DNA from: an uncultured Clostridia bacterium
Lineage (GTDB): Bacteria > Bacillota > Clostridia > TANB77 > CAG-508
Direction: 5' to 3'
DNA length: 64,000 nucleotides
Assembly: GCA_963557965.1 (NCBI GenBank)
Contig: CAUWEX010000003.1
Coordinates: 16,156-80,155 of the forward strand
How positions within the stretch are numbered: the first letter of the stretch is position 1; every line of letters starts with the position of its first letter. Shown one piece after another: positions 39,460 to 47,154 of the stretch. The notes beneath the pieces were generated by a model. The model saw only the letters and a list, made by a program, of their open reading frames with translations, did not search any database and had not been told where the DNA came from. The position numbers and the translations under genes are program-made.

Positions 39460-39642
39460 CTTTTCTACCTCTTAAATTATTCTAATACTTAAAAAACTGT
39501 TTATTCAACTGCTTTTTCTATTTAGTATAAACATTAAGCTTCTAATTTCATTGCAATTTCTGCTATTGTTTATACTATCACAACACATAATAACCTTTTT
39601 TTCTCGTTTTTTCAAGTCTAATATAAATATTCAATCATTCTT

Positions 39643-40293
39643 TTATAAATTCGACATTAGTTCTCCTATCATATATTCATATGGATTTATTTCTATTATC
39701 GTTTTTATTTTTATTATATTTTCACTTTTACTTTTTAACTTTTTTTCTATTTCCCTTACATCTTTTATATTACTATCAACTATTATATATGGTTTAAGTG
39801 GATTGTTACTTTCATTATAGCCATTTAACAAGTTTGAATTTTCTTTAAATTTCTCTTTCATTTCATCTAAAGCATCTTGTTTTGTTTTATATATAATTTT
39901 TGCATCTTTATCTACATTAAGTATCTCTTGCGTTATTTCATCTAATTGCTCTTTTGATATTTCGTCATTAAAATATATATCCATATTTCCTGCATCTTTA
40001 ATATAACGCACAAAACTTCCTATGTTTAAGCATATTATTAATAGTAATAATATAGCTGAAAATATAATTATCTTATTTTTTTTATTAATTTTCTTTTTTA
40101 CATTTTTTAAATAGTCTATTTCTATTTTTTCTTTGTTGTCTACACTATTTTCTTTATTTAACTGCTCCCATATGTCCTTACAGTTTTCACATTTTTTTAA
40201 ATGCTCGCTAACTAATTCTCTTGAGCCTTGTTTTAAAATGTTATCCTTATAACCAAACAATAAATCTTGTACAATATCACATTCTTTTTTCAT
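39643..40293 (-). CDS. zf-HC2 anti-sigma factor with an FtsX-extracellular-domain-like C-terminal domain
   Basis: Start moved to MKKECDIV (ATG 40291-40293), which has the RBS AAAGGAGGAAG and an ATGA overlap with the sigma gene. N-terminal C-x24-H-x3-C-x2-C (CDIVQDLLFGY...EHLKKCENC), one TM, then IYKTKQDALDEMKEKFKENSNLLNGYNESNNPLKPYIIVD, which resembles the FtsX ECD. Confidence 0.7.
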   Translation of the reverse strand: MKKECDIVQDLLFGYKDNILKQGSRELVSEHLKKCENCKDIWEQLNKENSVDNKEKIEIDYLKNVKKKINKKNKIIIFSAILLLLIICLNIGSFVRYIKDAGNMDIYFNDEISKEQLDEITQEILNVDKDAKIIYKTKQDALDEMKEKFKENSNLLNGYNESNNPLKPYIIVDSNIKDVREIEKKLKSKSENIIKIKTIIEINPYEYMIGELMSNL

Positions 40294-40772
40294 AATTCTT
40301 CCTCCTTTAATTTTTGCTTTCCACGAAAAAATACCACTCTTGCCCAATTTTCACTCTTTCCCATAACCTCTGCAATTTCTTTATATGTTAGGTTTCCTAA
40401 AATTCGTAGGTAAATTACATTTTTAGTATCTTCATCAAGTTTTTGTATGCTTTTAAAAAGTTGTAATTTTTCTTGGTTTTTATAAATTTGTTCTTCAATT
40501 ATGCCATCTTCTCTTAATTCATATGCATTATCTAGTGGAACTTCTTTAAGTTTGTTTCTCTTTTTTATTCTTCCATACCATATGTATTTTGCAATTTGAC
40601 ATAGCCATGTAGAAATTTTACATTTACCTTCAAATTTGTTGATATTTTTAATTGCTACTTCAAAAGTTTCCTGAACAATTTCTTCTGATATATCTTTCTT
40701 TCCTGTTAAGCAGAATACATATTTATATAACATATTGGCATATTCTTGATAAATTTTTCCGATATCCTGCAT
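40290..40772 (-). CDS. ECF-type RNA polymerase sigma-70 family factor
   Basis: Start moved to MQDIGKIY (RBS GAAAGGAGGAG). Has region 2 (YKYVFCLTGKKDISEEIVQETF) and a region 4 HTH (LTYKEIAEVMGKSENWARVVFFRGKQKL). Confidence 0.8.
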   Translation of the reverse strand: MQDIGKIYQEYANMLYKYVFCLTGKKDISEEIVQETFEVAIKNINKFEGKCKISTWLCQIAKYIWYGRIKKRNKLKEVPLDNAYELREDGIIEEQIYKNQEKLQLFKSIQKLDEDTKNVIYLRILGNLTYKEIAEVMGKSENWARVVFFRGKQKLKEEEL

Positions 40773-40842
40773 AACAACTCCTCCTTTCACTATATAAGTG
40801 TCAAGAATTATGATTTCGTTACAAATGTTTATTTTTTATTAA

Positions 40843-41736
40843 TTACAAAATAATTTTAGCCACAAAAAATCCTTCATACTCTTCAGTTGGACATACGCAT
40901 AAAGTTCCATCGATTGATGTAGGAAGTTTTGGTAATCCTTTTAGTTTTTCTTCTTCTATTGGTTTTATTTTTGCTTTTGTTTTTTTCAATACTTGTTTTA
41001 TAATTTCTTCATTTTCTTCTTTTAATATTGAACATGTTGAATATACTATTTCTTTTCCTGGTTTTAGTATTTTTAAAGCTTTTGTTAAAAGCGTAATTTG
41101 TGATTTTATTGATTTATCTATAAGTTTTTGTGTAAATATTTCTTCAGTTTTTATATTGTTTGCATCTAATGTTCCACTTCCGCTACAAGGTGCATCTAAT
41201 AAAATCTGGTCAAATGAAAAAAAATCATCAATTTTTCTACTATCTGTTACCATTACATACGCACATGTTGCTCCTTGTTTTTCGATATTGTATCTTAATT
41301 TTTCTGCTCTAATATTATTCATCTCACATGCAGTAATTCTTGCTTTATTATTCACCATAGCCGCAATTTGTGTCGTTTTTCCTCCTGGCGCTGCCGTCAT
41401 ATCTAATATATCTGTATTTTCCTTAGGTTCTAATATAATCGGCGGTAACATAGAAGATAAACTTTGTAAATATATTTTTCCTTCTTTATATATATCTAAT
41501 TTTGTAATTTCAGACTCTCTTACATTTTCTATTATAAGAGCATTTTGGCTCCAATCAACCGTTCTATATTTTATATTATTTTTTCTCAAGTTTTCTTTTA
41601 TTTCTTCGGCATTTGATTTTATTGTATTTATTCTTAAAGTTACTTTGCGTTTTTTAGCATATCCGTTTAATATTTTCTTTGTTAATTCTTCTCCATATTG
41701 CTTCTTTAGTTTTTCCTGTAAAAACTCTGGTATCAT
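40843..41736 (-). CDS. RsmB/NOL1/NOP2/Sun-family RNA m5C methyltransferase
   Basis: 297 aa with DMTAAPGGKTTQIA and LLDAPCSGSGT ... YSTCS motifs. Confidence 0.8.
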   Translation of the reverse strand: MIPEFLQEKLKKQYGEELTKKILNGYAKKRKVTLRINTIKSNAEEIKENLRKNNIKYRTVDWSQNALIIENVRESEITKLDIYKEGKIYLQSLSSMLPPIILEPKENTDILDMTAAPGGKTTQIAAMVNNKARITACEMNNIRAEKLRYNIEKQGATCAYVMVTDSRKIDDFFSFDQILLDAPCSGSGTLDANNIKTEEIFTQKLIDKSIKSQITLLTKALKILKPGKEIVYSTCSILKEENEEIIKQVLKKTKAKIKPIEEEKLKGLPKLPTSIDGTLCVCPTEEYEGFFVAKIIL

Positions 41737-41892
41737 AGTATTTCCTCCATATTTTTTATCACGCTTTTATTATACACTGTTTTTACTAATTATACAAATT
41801 ATCCTTGCACAATTTTGAGTTTTTATATATAATAGGTTATACAAAAATTTGTTTTTGTTGTGATTAATATTTTGGGAAGGAATGAATGTTTT

Positions 41893-42243
41893 ATGGAACA
41901 CTGGAGTGTAGAAGATTATAAGAATTTTACAAGTAATAGTTGTAGAAAAAGTAAATATAGAGCTAATAAAGTTTCTATTGATGGTCATACTTTTGATAGC
42001 CAAAAAGAAGCCGATTTTTATTGTGAATTAAAGGTTAGGTTGCAAGCTAAAGAAATTAATGGTTTTTGTCTTCAACCTATTTTTATGCTTGCTCCAGGGT
42101 TAAAATATAAACCAGATTTTATTATTTTTAATAAAGATGGTTCTACTGAAGTTATTGACGTTAAAGGCTTTAAAACCAAAGAATACATTGCTAAGAAAAA
42201 GGTTTTTGAAGATAAATATAATTTGAAAATTATCGAATTATAA
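41893..42243 (+). CDS. DUF1064 (phage-associated, PD-(D/E)XK-like) protein
   Basis: MEHWSVEDYKNF...SKYRANKVSIDGHTFDSQKEADFYCEL...YKPDFIIFNKDGSTEVIDVKG matches the DUF1064 pattern. I prefer ATG 41893 over the GTG at 41860, which has no RBS. Confidence 0.7.
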   Translation: MEHWSVEDYKNFTSNSCRKSKYRANKVSIDGHTFDSQKEADFYCELKVRLQAKEINGFCLQPIFMLAPGLKYKPDFIIFNKDGSTEVIDVKGFKTKEYIAKKKVFEDKYNLKIIEL

Positions 42244-42258
42244 TAAATGCTAAAAGTA

Positions 42259-42293
42259 CCGTCCCTTAAGTTAATAACTAACTTAAGGGACGG
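42259..42293. terminator. bidirectional terminator hairpin between convergent genes
   Basis: A 15-bp perfect stem CCGTCCCTTAAGTTA / TAACTTAAGGGACGG with a 5-nt loop. Confidence 0.7.
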
Positions 42294-42308
42294 CTAGTAC
42301 ATTATTGA

Positions 42309-42755
42309 CTACTTACGTCGAGTGTCTCGCATGCAGTCCAGGTTCTCATTCATAACGATGAATAGATTCGGCTCATGGGAATTAATCCTAAGAACCACTG
42401 GGTATGCAGTATCCTTTTTGAGCCGTTCGTCATGCGTGATAAGAACTACCGCTTCCTTCATCTCAAGCGGCTCGTCAGAGAATTTCTCAAAGCCTTGTTC
42501 AAGCACGTTCCACAGAGCGTTCTCAAAGGGTTCCCTGTCAATGGCTCGGCTAAATTCAAGCCACGTATCACCACCCACGATAAACATCGGTGCTGCATAC
42601 AGCTTAAGAAGCTTGTTGTATTCGCTTCTCTCTTGGGTTGCCTCATCGTAGTAGCATTCCAGCATCAGTTCGATGCGGTTGTGCCAGCTGTGCCTCTGGG
42701 TTTCTAGAGCCTCTCGTACAAGCTCCTCTGCGATTGTAGTCTCTCGTTGGTCCAT
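42309..42755 (-). CDS. hypothetical protein in a G+C-rich islet (likely horizontally acquired)
   Basis: 148 aa from MDQRETTIAEELV (RBS GAGAGGA 7 nt upstream). Two lines counted at 47% and 50% G+C against 22% nearby. Faint resemblance of FENALWNVLEQG to the barstar-family NLDALWD block, which is not enough to call. Confidence 0.6.
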   Translation of the reverse strand: MDQRETTIAEELVREALETQRHSWHNRIELMLECYYDEATQERSEYNKLLKLYAAPMFIVGGDTWLEFSRAIDREPFENALWNVLEQGFEKFSDEPLEMKEAVVLITHDERLKKDTAYPVVLRINSHEPNLFIVMNENLDCMRDTRRK

Positions 42756-42867
42756 TAAAGTTCCTCTCATATTGTAATTTTTCTGGACAATGCACCTTTT
42801 TTGAGAGCATTCAAGAAAAATATCCCTTCCTCCATTAGAGCTCTCTAATACAATTTGTGCATAATTA

Positions 42868-42896
42868 ATTATACTATATTTCAAATTTTATGTCAA
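42868..42896 (-). promoter_or_regulatory. consensus sigma-A promoter upstream of the G+C-rich ORF
   Basis: Minus strand reads TTGACA (42891-42896), a 17-nt spacer, then TATAAT (42868-42873). The leader is about 105 nt. Confidence 0.55.
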
Positions 42897-42901
42897 ATTG
42901 A

Positions 42902-44011
42902 TTACATCTTAATTATTTGTTCCCATGGTAAATCTTTTTTACCAAAATGTCCATAATTTGTTGTTTTTTCATAAATAGGTTGTTTTAAATCTAGATATCT
43001 AATAATACCATCTGGTGTTAAGTCAAATTTATTTTTAACTAATTCTACAATTTCCTCTTCTGGGATGGTCCCTGTTCCAAATGTATCTATATATATTGAT
43101 AGCGGTTCTTTCATACCTATTGCATATGAAATTTGTATTTCACATCTTTTAGCATATCCATTTGCAATAAGATTTTTGGCAATATATCTTAACATATACG
43201 CACTGCTTCTATCTACTTTACTTGGATCTTTTCCTGAAAAGGCTCCTCCACCATGACGAGCATAACCACCATATGTATCTACAATAATTTTTCTTCCTGT
43301 TAATCCTGTGTCCCCCAATGGTCCACCAGTAACAAATCTTCCTGTTGGATTTATATAAATTTTAGTGTTTTCATCCATTAATTTTTTTGGAATTGTAACA
43401 CCTATAACTTTCTTTTTTATGTCATGTCTTAATTTTTCTTGATCAACATCAATATTATGTTGTGCAGAAATTAATACAGTTTCAATTCTCTTTGGTTTAT
43501 CATCTTCATACTCTACAGTTACTTGTGTTTTTCCATCTGGTCTCAAATACTTTATTGTTCCGTCTTTTCTTACTTGCGTCAATCTATGAGCTAATTTATG
43601 GGCTAAACTTATTGCAAGTGGCATATATTCTTTTGTTTCATCACTTGCATATCCAAACATAATCCCTTGATCTCCTGCACCACCAATGTCAACTCCTAAT
43701 GCTATATCAGAACTTTGTTTAGTTATATTAATATGTATATTACAAGTTTTATAATCCATGTCTACTTCTGCATTATCAAAACCTACTATTTTAATTTTTT
43801 CTCTTACTAATTTCTCAATATCTACTTGTCCTTTTGATGTAATTTGTCCTGCAATTGTAACTTCATTTCCTGAAGCAAATGTCTCTACTGCTACCCTTGA
43901 ATTTTTATCTTGTTTTATATATGCATCTAAAATTGCATCTGAAATTGTATCACATAATTTATCAGGATGTCCCTCTGTTACACTTTCAGATGTAAAGTAA
44001 TATCTACTCAT
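42902..44011 (-). CDS. metK: S-adenosylmethionine synthase
   Basis: 369 aa. [44 protein letters not shown]. Confidence 0.9.
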   Translation of the reverse strand: MSRYYFTSESVTEGHPDKLCDTISDAILDAYIKQDKNSRVAVETFASGNEVTIAGQITSKGQVDIEKLVREKIKIVGFDNAEVDMDYKTCNIHINITKQSSDIALGVDIGGAGDQGIMFGYASDETKEYMPLAISLAHKLAHRLTQVRKDGTIKYLRPDGKTQVTVEYEDDKPKRIETVLISAQHNIDVDQEKLRHDIKKKVIGVTIPKKLMDENTKIYINPTGRFVTGGPLGDTGLTGRKIIVDTYGGYARHGGGAFSGKDPSKVDRSSAYMLRYIAKNLIANGYAKRCEIQISYAIGMKEPLSIYIDTFGTGTIPEEEIVELVKNKFDLTPDGIIRYLDLKQPIYEKTTNYGHFGKKDLPWEQIIKM

Positions 44012-44045
44012 TTGTTTTCTCCCCTATTAATATATTTTGTGAATT

Positions 44046-45608
44046 TTATTTTCTAAACAATTTGCCAAATAGACCTTTTTCTTTATCTTCTTTTGAATTT
44101 TTTTTATTTTTTCTGCTTCGTTCTATATATTTATCTAGTTTTTCTTCCGTCAGTTCATCATCATAATAATCATAATCATCATCCTCAGAGTATTCATCAT
44201 AATCATCATCATCGTAATAATCTTCATCATAATATTCGTCGTCATCATAGTAATCATCTTCTTCGTAATTATCGTCGTCGCTATTAAAATCAATATCCTC
44301 GTCATTATAATCATCGTCGTACTCATCAATATTATCGTAATCTAAGTCCTCATCTAGGTCCTTTTTATTTTCCTCTTGGTATTCCTCTTTTTCTATTATA
44401 TCTTTTTTTTCGTCTAAATCTACAACTTTATATTCTGACAAGTCTTTATCAAATTTTTCGCTTATTTCTTCTTGGAATGTATTATAAATATTCTTTATTC
44501 CTTCTATTCTCCAGTAATTAGAATTGATAACTGTTCCCATATTTATTTTAATATTAGTTACTTCTTCTTGGAAGTCTCGTTCTTTTTCCTGGATTTCTTT
44601 TAAATACGTTTTATTATACAATTCTTTATATGCTTTCTTTGTGGCTTTTCCATTTGTTTCTTTTATCAATAAATTATAAAGTTTTTGAATTTGCTCTATA
44701 TCTACTTGAAAATTTTTGCAGGCTTCTTCCATTAAGCTCTTATGTATAACTTTTCCATTCATAGATGTTATTCGCTCATTATCTAAAAATCCCACTATAT
44801 ACTCTTTTTTGGCATTTAAAAATGCAAATTTCACACTTACATCTCTTAGCAATTTCTCTGATTTTGCAAGCTTTACGTTTCCACTATTTAGCTCTAATAA
44901 AAGCTTTTTCATTCTTTCATATATCGCTATATATAAATCAGCTTCTTCCGCAGCAATTTTTATTCTTTCATTAACGGCATTTTCAATCACTTCTGCATTA
45001 AACGGAATTCTTTCATTTTTTCCGTTTTTTAGCATTATATTTTTTACTTCTTGAGAATACAATGTTTTTTCCGCTTCTATAAATTTCTTTATATCCTGAA
45101 TATCTTTTGGTTCAATTTCATCAAAATCTTTAATTGTCTGTTTTAAAGTTTCTAAGTAACTTGCCTCTATTGTCCTGTGTTCTCTTGCAAATTTATTTCT
45201 CTCTTTTTGTCTTTCCATAAATATAACAAGTGCTTTTACATATTTTTCTCTTATTTCTTTTAAGTCATAATTTATTTTGTCTAATTTATCTTCAATTTGT
45301 GAAATCTTTTGATCCAATGTGCTTGGGTTTTCACTTAAATCATTAAAAATTTGATCTCTTTCGTTTTCTAATTCTATACTAGTTTCATGTAATGTATGTT
45401 GTTTTTTTTGTATTTCTTCAATTTCAAGGGCAACTTCGTCAAATTTTTGCATTATTCTCTCTTCTTCTTGTAAAACTCTTTGGTATTCTTTAATTTTTTC
45501 TATCATTTGTGCGTATTCTTCATAATTTACTCTTAAGTTTTTTGCTTTATTTAGTCCTAAAACATTAGAAAAATAGTTTTCAAGAACTATTGCACTTCTT
45601 TCATACAT
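44046..45608 (-). CDS. coiled-coil protein with an extreme Asp/Tyr/Glu-rich tail and a basic amphipathic C-terminus
   Basis: 520-aa ORF with RBS GGAGGGG. Residues ~420-495 read DEDLDYDNIDEYDDDYNDEDIDFNSDDDNYEEDDYYDDDEYYDEDYYDDDDYDEYSEDDDYDYYDD. It ends KEKGLFGKLFRK. Confidence 0.65.
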   Translation of the reverse strand: MYERSAIVLENYFSNVLGLNKAKNLRVNYEEYAQMIEKIKEYQRVLQEEERIMQKFDEVALEIEEIQKKQHTLHETSIELENERDQIFNDLSENPSTLDQKISQIEDKLDKINYDLKEIREKYVKALVIFMERQKERNKFAREHRTIEASYLETLKQTIKDFDEIEPKDIQDIKKFIEAEKTLYSQEVKNIMLKNGKNERIPFNAEVIENAVNERIKIAAEEADLYIAIYERMKKLLLELNSGNVKLAKSEKLLRDVSVKFAFLNAKKEYIVGFLDNERITSMNGKVIHKSLMEEACKNFQVDIEQIQKLYNLLIKETNGKATKKAYKELYNKTYLKEIQEKERDFQEEVTNIKINMGTVINSNYWRIEGIKNIYNTFQEEISEKFDKDLSEYKVVDLDEKKDIIEKEEYQEENKKDLDEDLDYDNIDEYDDDYNDEDIDFNSDDDNYEEDDYYDDDEYYDEDYYDDDDYDEYSEDDDYDYYDDELTEEKLDKYIERSRKNKKNSKEDKEKGLFGKLFRK

Positions 45609-45699
45609 GTTGACCCCTCCGAATTTTAAATCTTTACATATTATATATAAAAAACATAAAAAAGTCTATATAAAAATAGACTTTTTTGCTGTTTTTAAA

Positions 45700-46656
45700 T
45701 TATTCAAATACATCATGTTCATTAATCGAATTTCCTCTTAAAAAATCAGAAATATTCATTCTTTTAGCATTTTCACCTTGAATTTCAATAACCTTTAAAA
45801 TTCCATTTTTAGTTTTAATATATAAACCGTCTCGAGGCTCTGAAACAATGATTGTACCATTTTTAAATATTTCTATGCCCTCTACCATCATCTCATTTTT
45901 TGATACAATATCGACTTTCCAAAATTTAATTTTCTTTCCATTTAGGAATGTATATGCTCCCATAATTGGATTTAATCCTCTTACTAAGTTTTTAATTTCT
46001 TCTGCTGTTTGCTCTTCCCAATCAATTTTCGCCATCTTTTTATCCAGCATTGGAGCCATTGAAAAGTCTCCTGTTTGTTTTTCTCTTGGTGCGACTCCTT
46101 TTTCTATATCATCTAATGTTTTTACAAGTAATTCTCCTCCAAGTTTTTCAAGTTTTTCCCACAATTCTCCTGTTGTTTCATCTTCTCCTATTTCGATTTC
46201 TTTTTTATAAATTATATCTCCTGTATCCATTCCTTCATCCATATACATTGTAGTTATTCCTGTTTTTTTGTCTCCATTTAATACAGCCCACTGAATTGGT
46301 GCTGCACCTCTATATTGCGGTAACAATGAGCCATGAACATTTATACATCCTTTTTTTGGAATTTCTAATAATTCTTTTGGCAAAATTTTGCCATATGCAA
46401 CAACACAAATTACGTCAGGATTTAGGTCTTTAATTTCTTGTATAAACTCTATATTATTTCTTATTTTTGTTGGTTGGTATATTTTTAAATTTTTTTCTAA
46501 CGCAAATTCTTTAACTGGTGATTGTCTAATCTTCATTCCTCTGCCTTGTGGCTTGTCAGGATTTGTTACAACACCAATAATTTCATATCCAGCATTATAT
46601 ATTGCCTCTAAACTTTCTTTTGCAAAGTCTGGCGTTCCCATAAAAATAACTTTCAT
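45700..46656 (-). CDS. fmt: methionyl-tRNA formyltransferase
   Basis: MKVIFMGTPDFA..., HGSLLPQYRGAAPIQ. ATG 46654-46656 (RBS AGGTGA) is preferred over the GTG at 46665. Confidence 0.9.
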   Translation of the reverse strand: MKVIFMGTPDFAKESLEAIYNAGYEIIGVVTNPDKPQGRGMKIRQSPVKEFALEKNLKIYQPTKIRNNIEFIQEIKDLNPDVICVVAYGKILPKELLEIPKKGCINVHGSLLPQYRGAAPIQWAVLNGDKKTGITTMYMDEGMDTGDIIYKKEIEIGEDETTGELWEKLEKLGGELLVKTLDDIEKGVAPREKQTGDFSMAPMLDKKMAKIDWEEQTAEEIKNLVRGLNPIMGAYTFLNGKKIKFWKVDIVSKNEMMVEGIEIFKNGTIIVSEPRDGLYIKTKNGILKVIEIQGENAKRMNISDFLRGNSINEHDVFE

Positions 46657-46671
46657 ATTTATCACCTGCTT

Positions 46672-47139
46672 TTATTCTAAATATTCTAATGTTCCTGGTA
46701 TCATTTTTTCTTTAAAAACTTCACCATTTAAGTGATCAACTTCATGTGCAATTGCTTGTGCAAATAACTCTTTTGCTTTTACTTTTACTTTTTTTCCTTC
46801 TCTGTCTGTGTATTCTGCCCATACTTCTGCTGGTCTTACAACTTTTGCAAATTCATTTGGAAAACTCAAACATCCTTCCTCCACTTCCTGTTCTCCTTTT
46901 GTTTTAGTTATTACAGGATTTATCATAGCTATTGGCCCATTATCGTCATACAAATCTATTACAATAACTCTTTTTAAAACCCCAACTTGAACAGCAGCAA
47001 GTCCTACGCCATTATATTTATGCATTGTTTCTATCATATCATCAATTAAAGTTTGTATTTTTTCTGTTATTTCTTCCACTTCTCTTGATTTCTTTTTTAG
47101 GATATCGTCCCCTTCATATCTTAAATTTCTAGTTGCCAT
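46672..47139 (-). CDS. def: peptide deformylase
   Basis: GVGLAAVQVG, EGCLSFP, HEVDHLNG motifs. ATG 47137-47139 (RBS GGAGG) is preferred over the GTG at 47151. Confidence 0.9.
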   Translation of the reverse strand: MATRNLRYEGDDILKKKSREVEEITEKIQTLIDDMIETMHKYNGVGLAAVQVGVLKRVIVIDLYDDNGPIAMINPVITKTKGEQEVEEGCLSFPNEFAKVVRPAEVWAEYTDREGKKVKVKAKELFAQAIAHEVDHLNGEVFKEKMIPGTLEYLE

Positions 47140-47154
47140 TTTTTCCTCCACATT

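Noticed and set aside
41156-41818. Long plus-strand ORFs in the track that lie inside minus-strand genes. Examples: 41156-41818 (220 aa), 22752-23327, 29182-29661, 37982-38530, 38897-39412, 48299-48733 and 59372-59914.
   Set aside because: Each is antisense to a gene with clear family motifs. Their translations are F/S/I/L-rich low-complexity strings typical of shadow frames in A+T-rich DNA. None has an RBS or a recognisable motif.
42300-42760. The G+C-rich patches (here and at 53600-54010) as structured RNAs such as RNase P RNA, tmRNA or another large ncRNA. G+C islands in A+T-rich genomes are often RNAs.
   Set aside because: I found no RNase P (GAGGAAAGUCC) or tmRNA (tag ORF, tRNA-like end) signatures. 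Each patch contains a long ORF with an RBS, a protein-like composition, and a promoter and terminator placed for an mRNA.
44012-44045. A SAM riboswitch upstream of metK.
   Set aside because: The gap to the upstream gene is only 34 nt and holds just the RBS. metK appears co-transcribed with the preceding gene.
44130-44340. The GAT/TAT-rich stretch as a DNA tandem repeat or array.
   Set aside because: There is no exact periodic unit. It is codon-level low complexity encoding the Asp/Tyr tail of the 520-aa protein.
47140-47151. N-terminal extensions in the ORF track that begin at GTG or TTG. These affect def, fmt, rbgA, the sigma factor, fhs, the anti-sigma factor and the DUF1064 gene.
   Set aside because: In each case a downstream ATG has a well-spaced Shine-Dalgarno sequence and matches the usual family N-terminus. 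The extended start has no RBS or overlaps the neighbouring gene.
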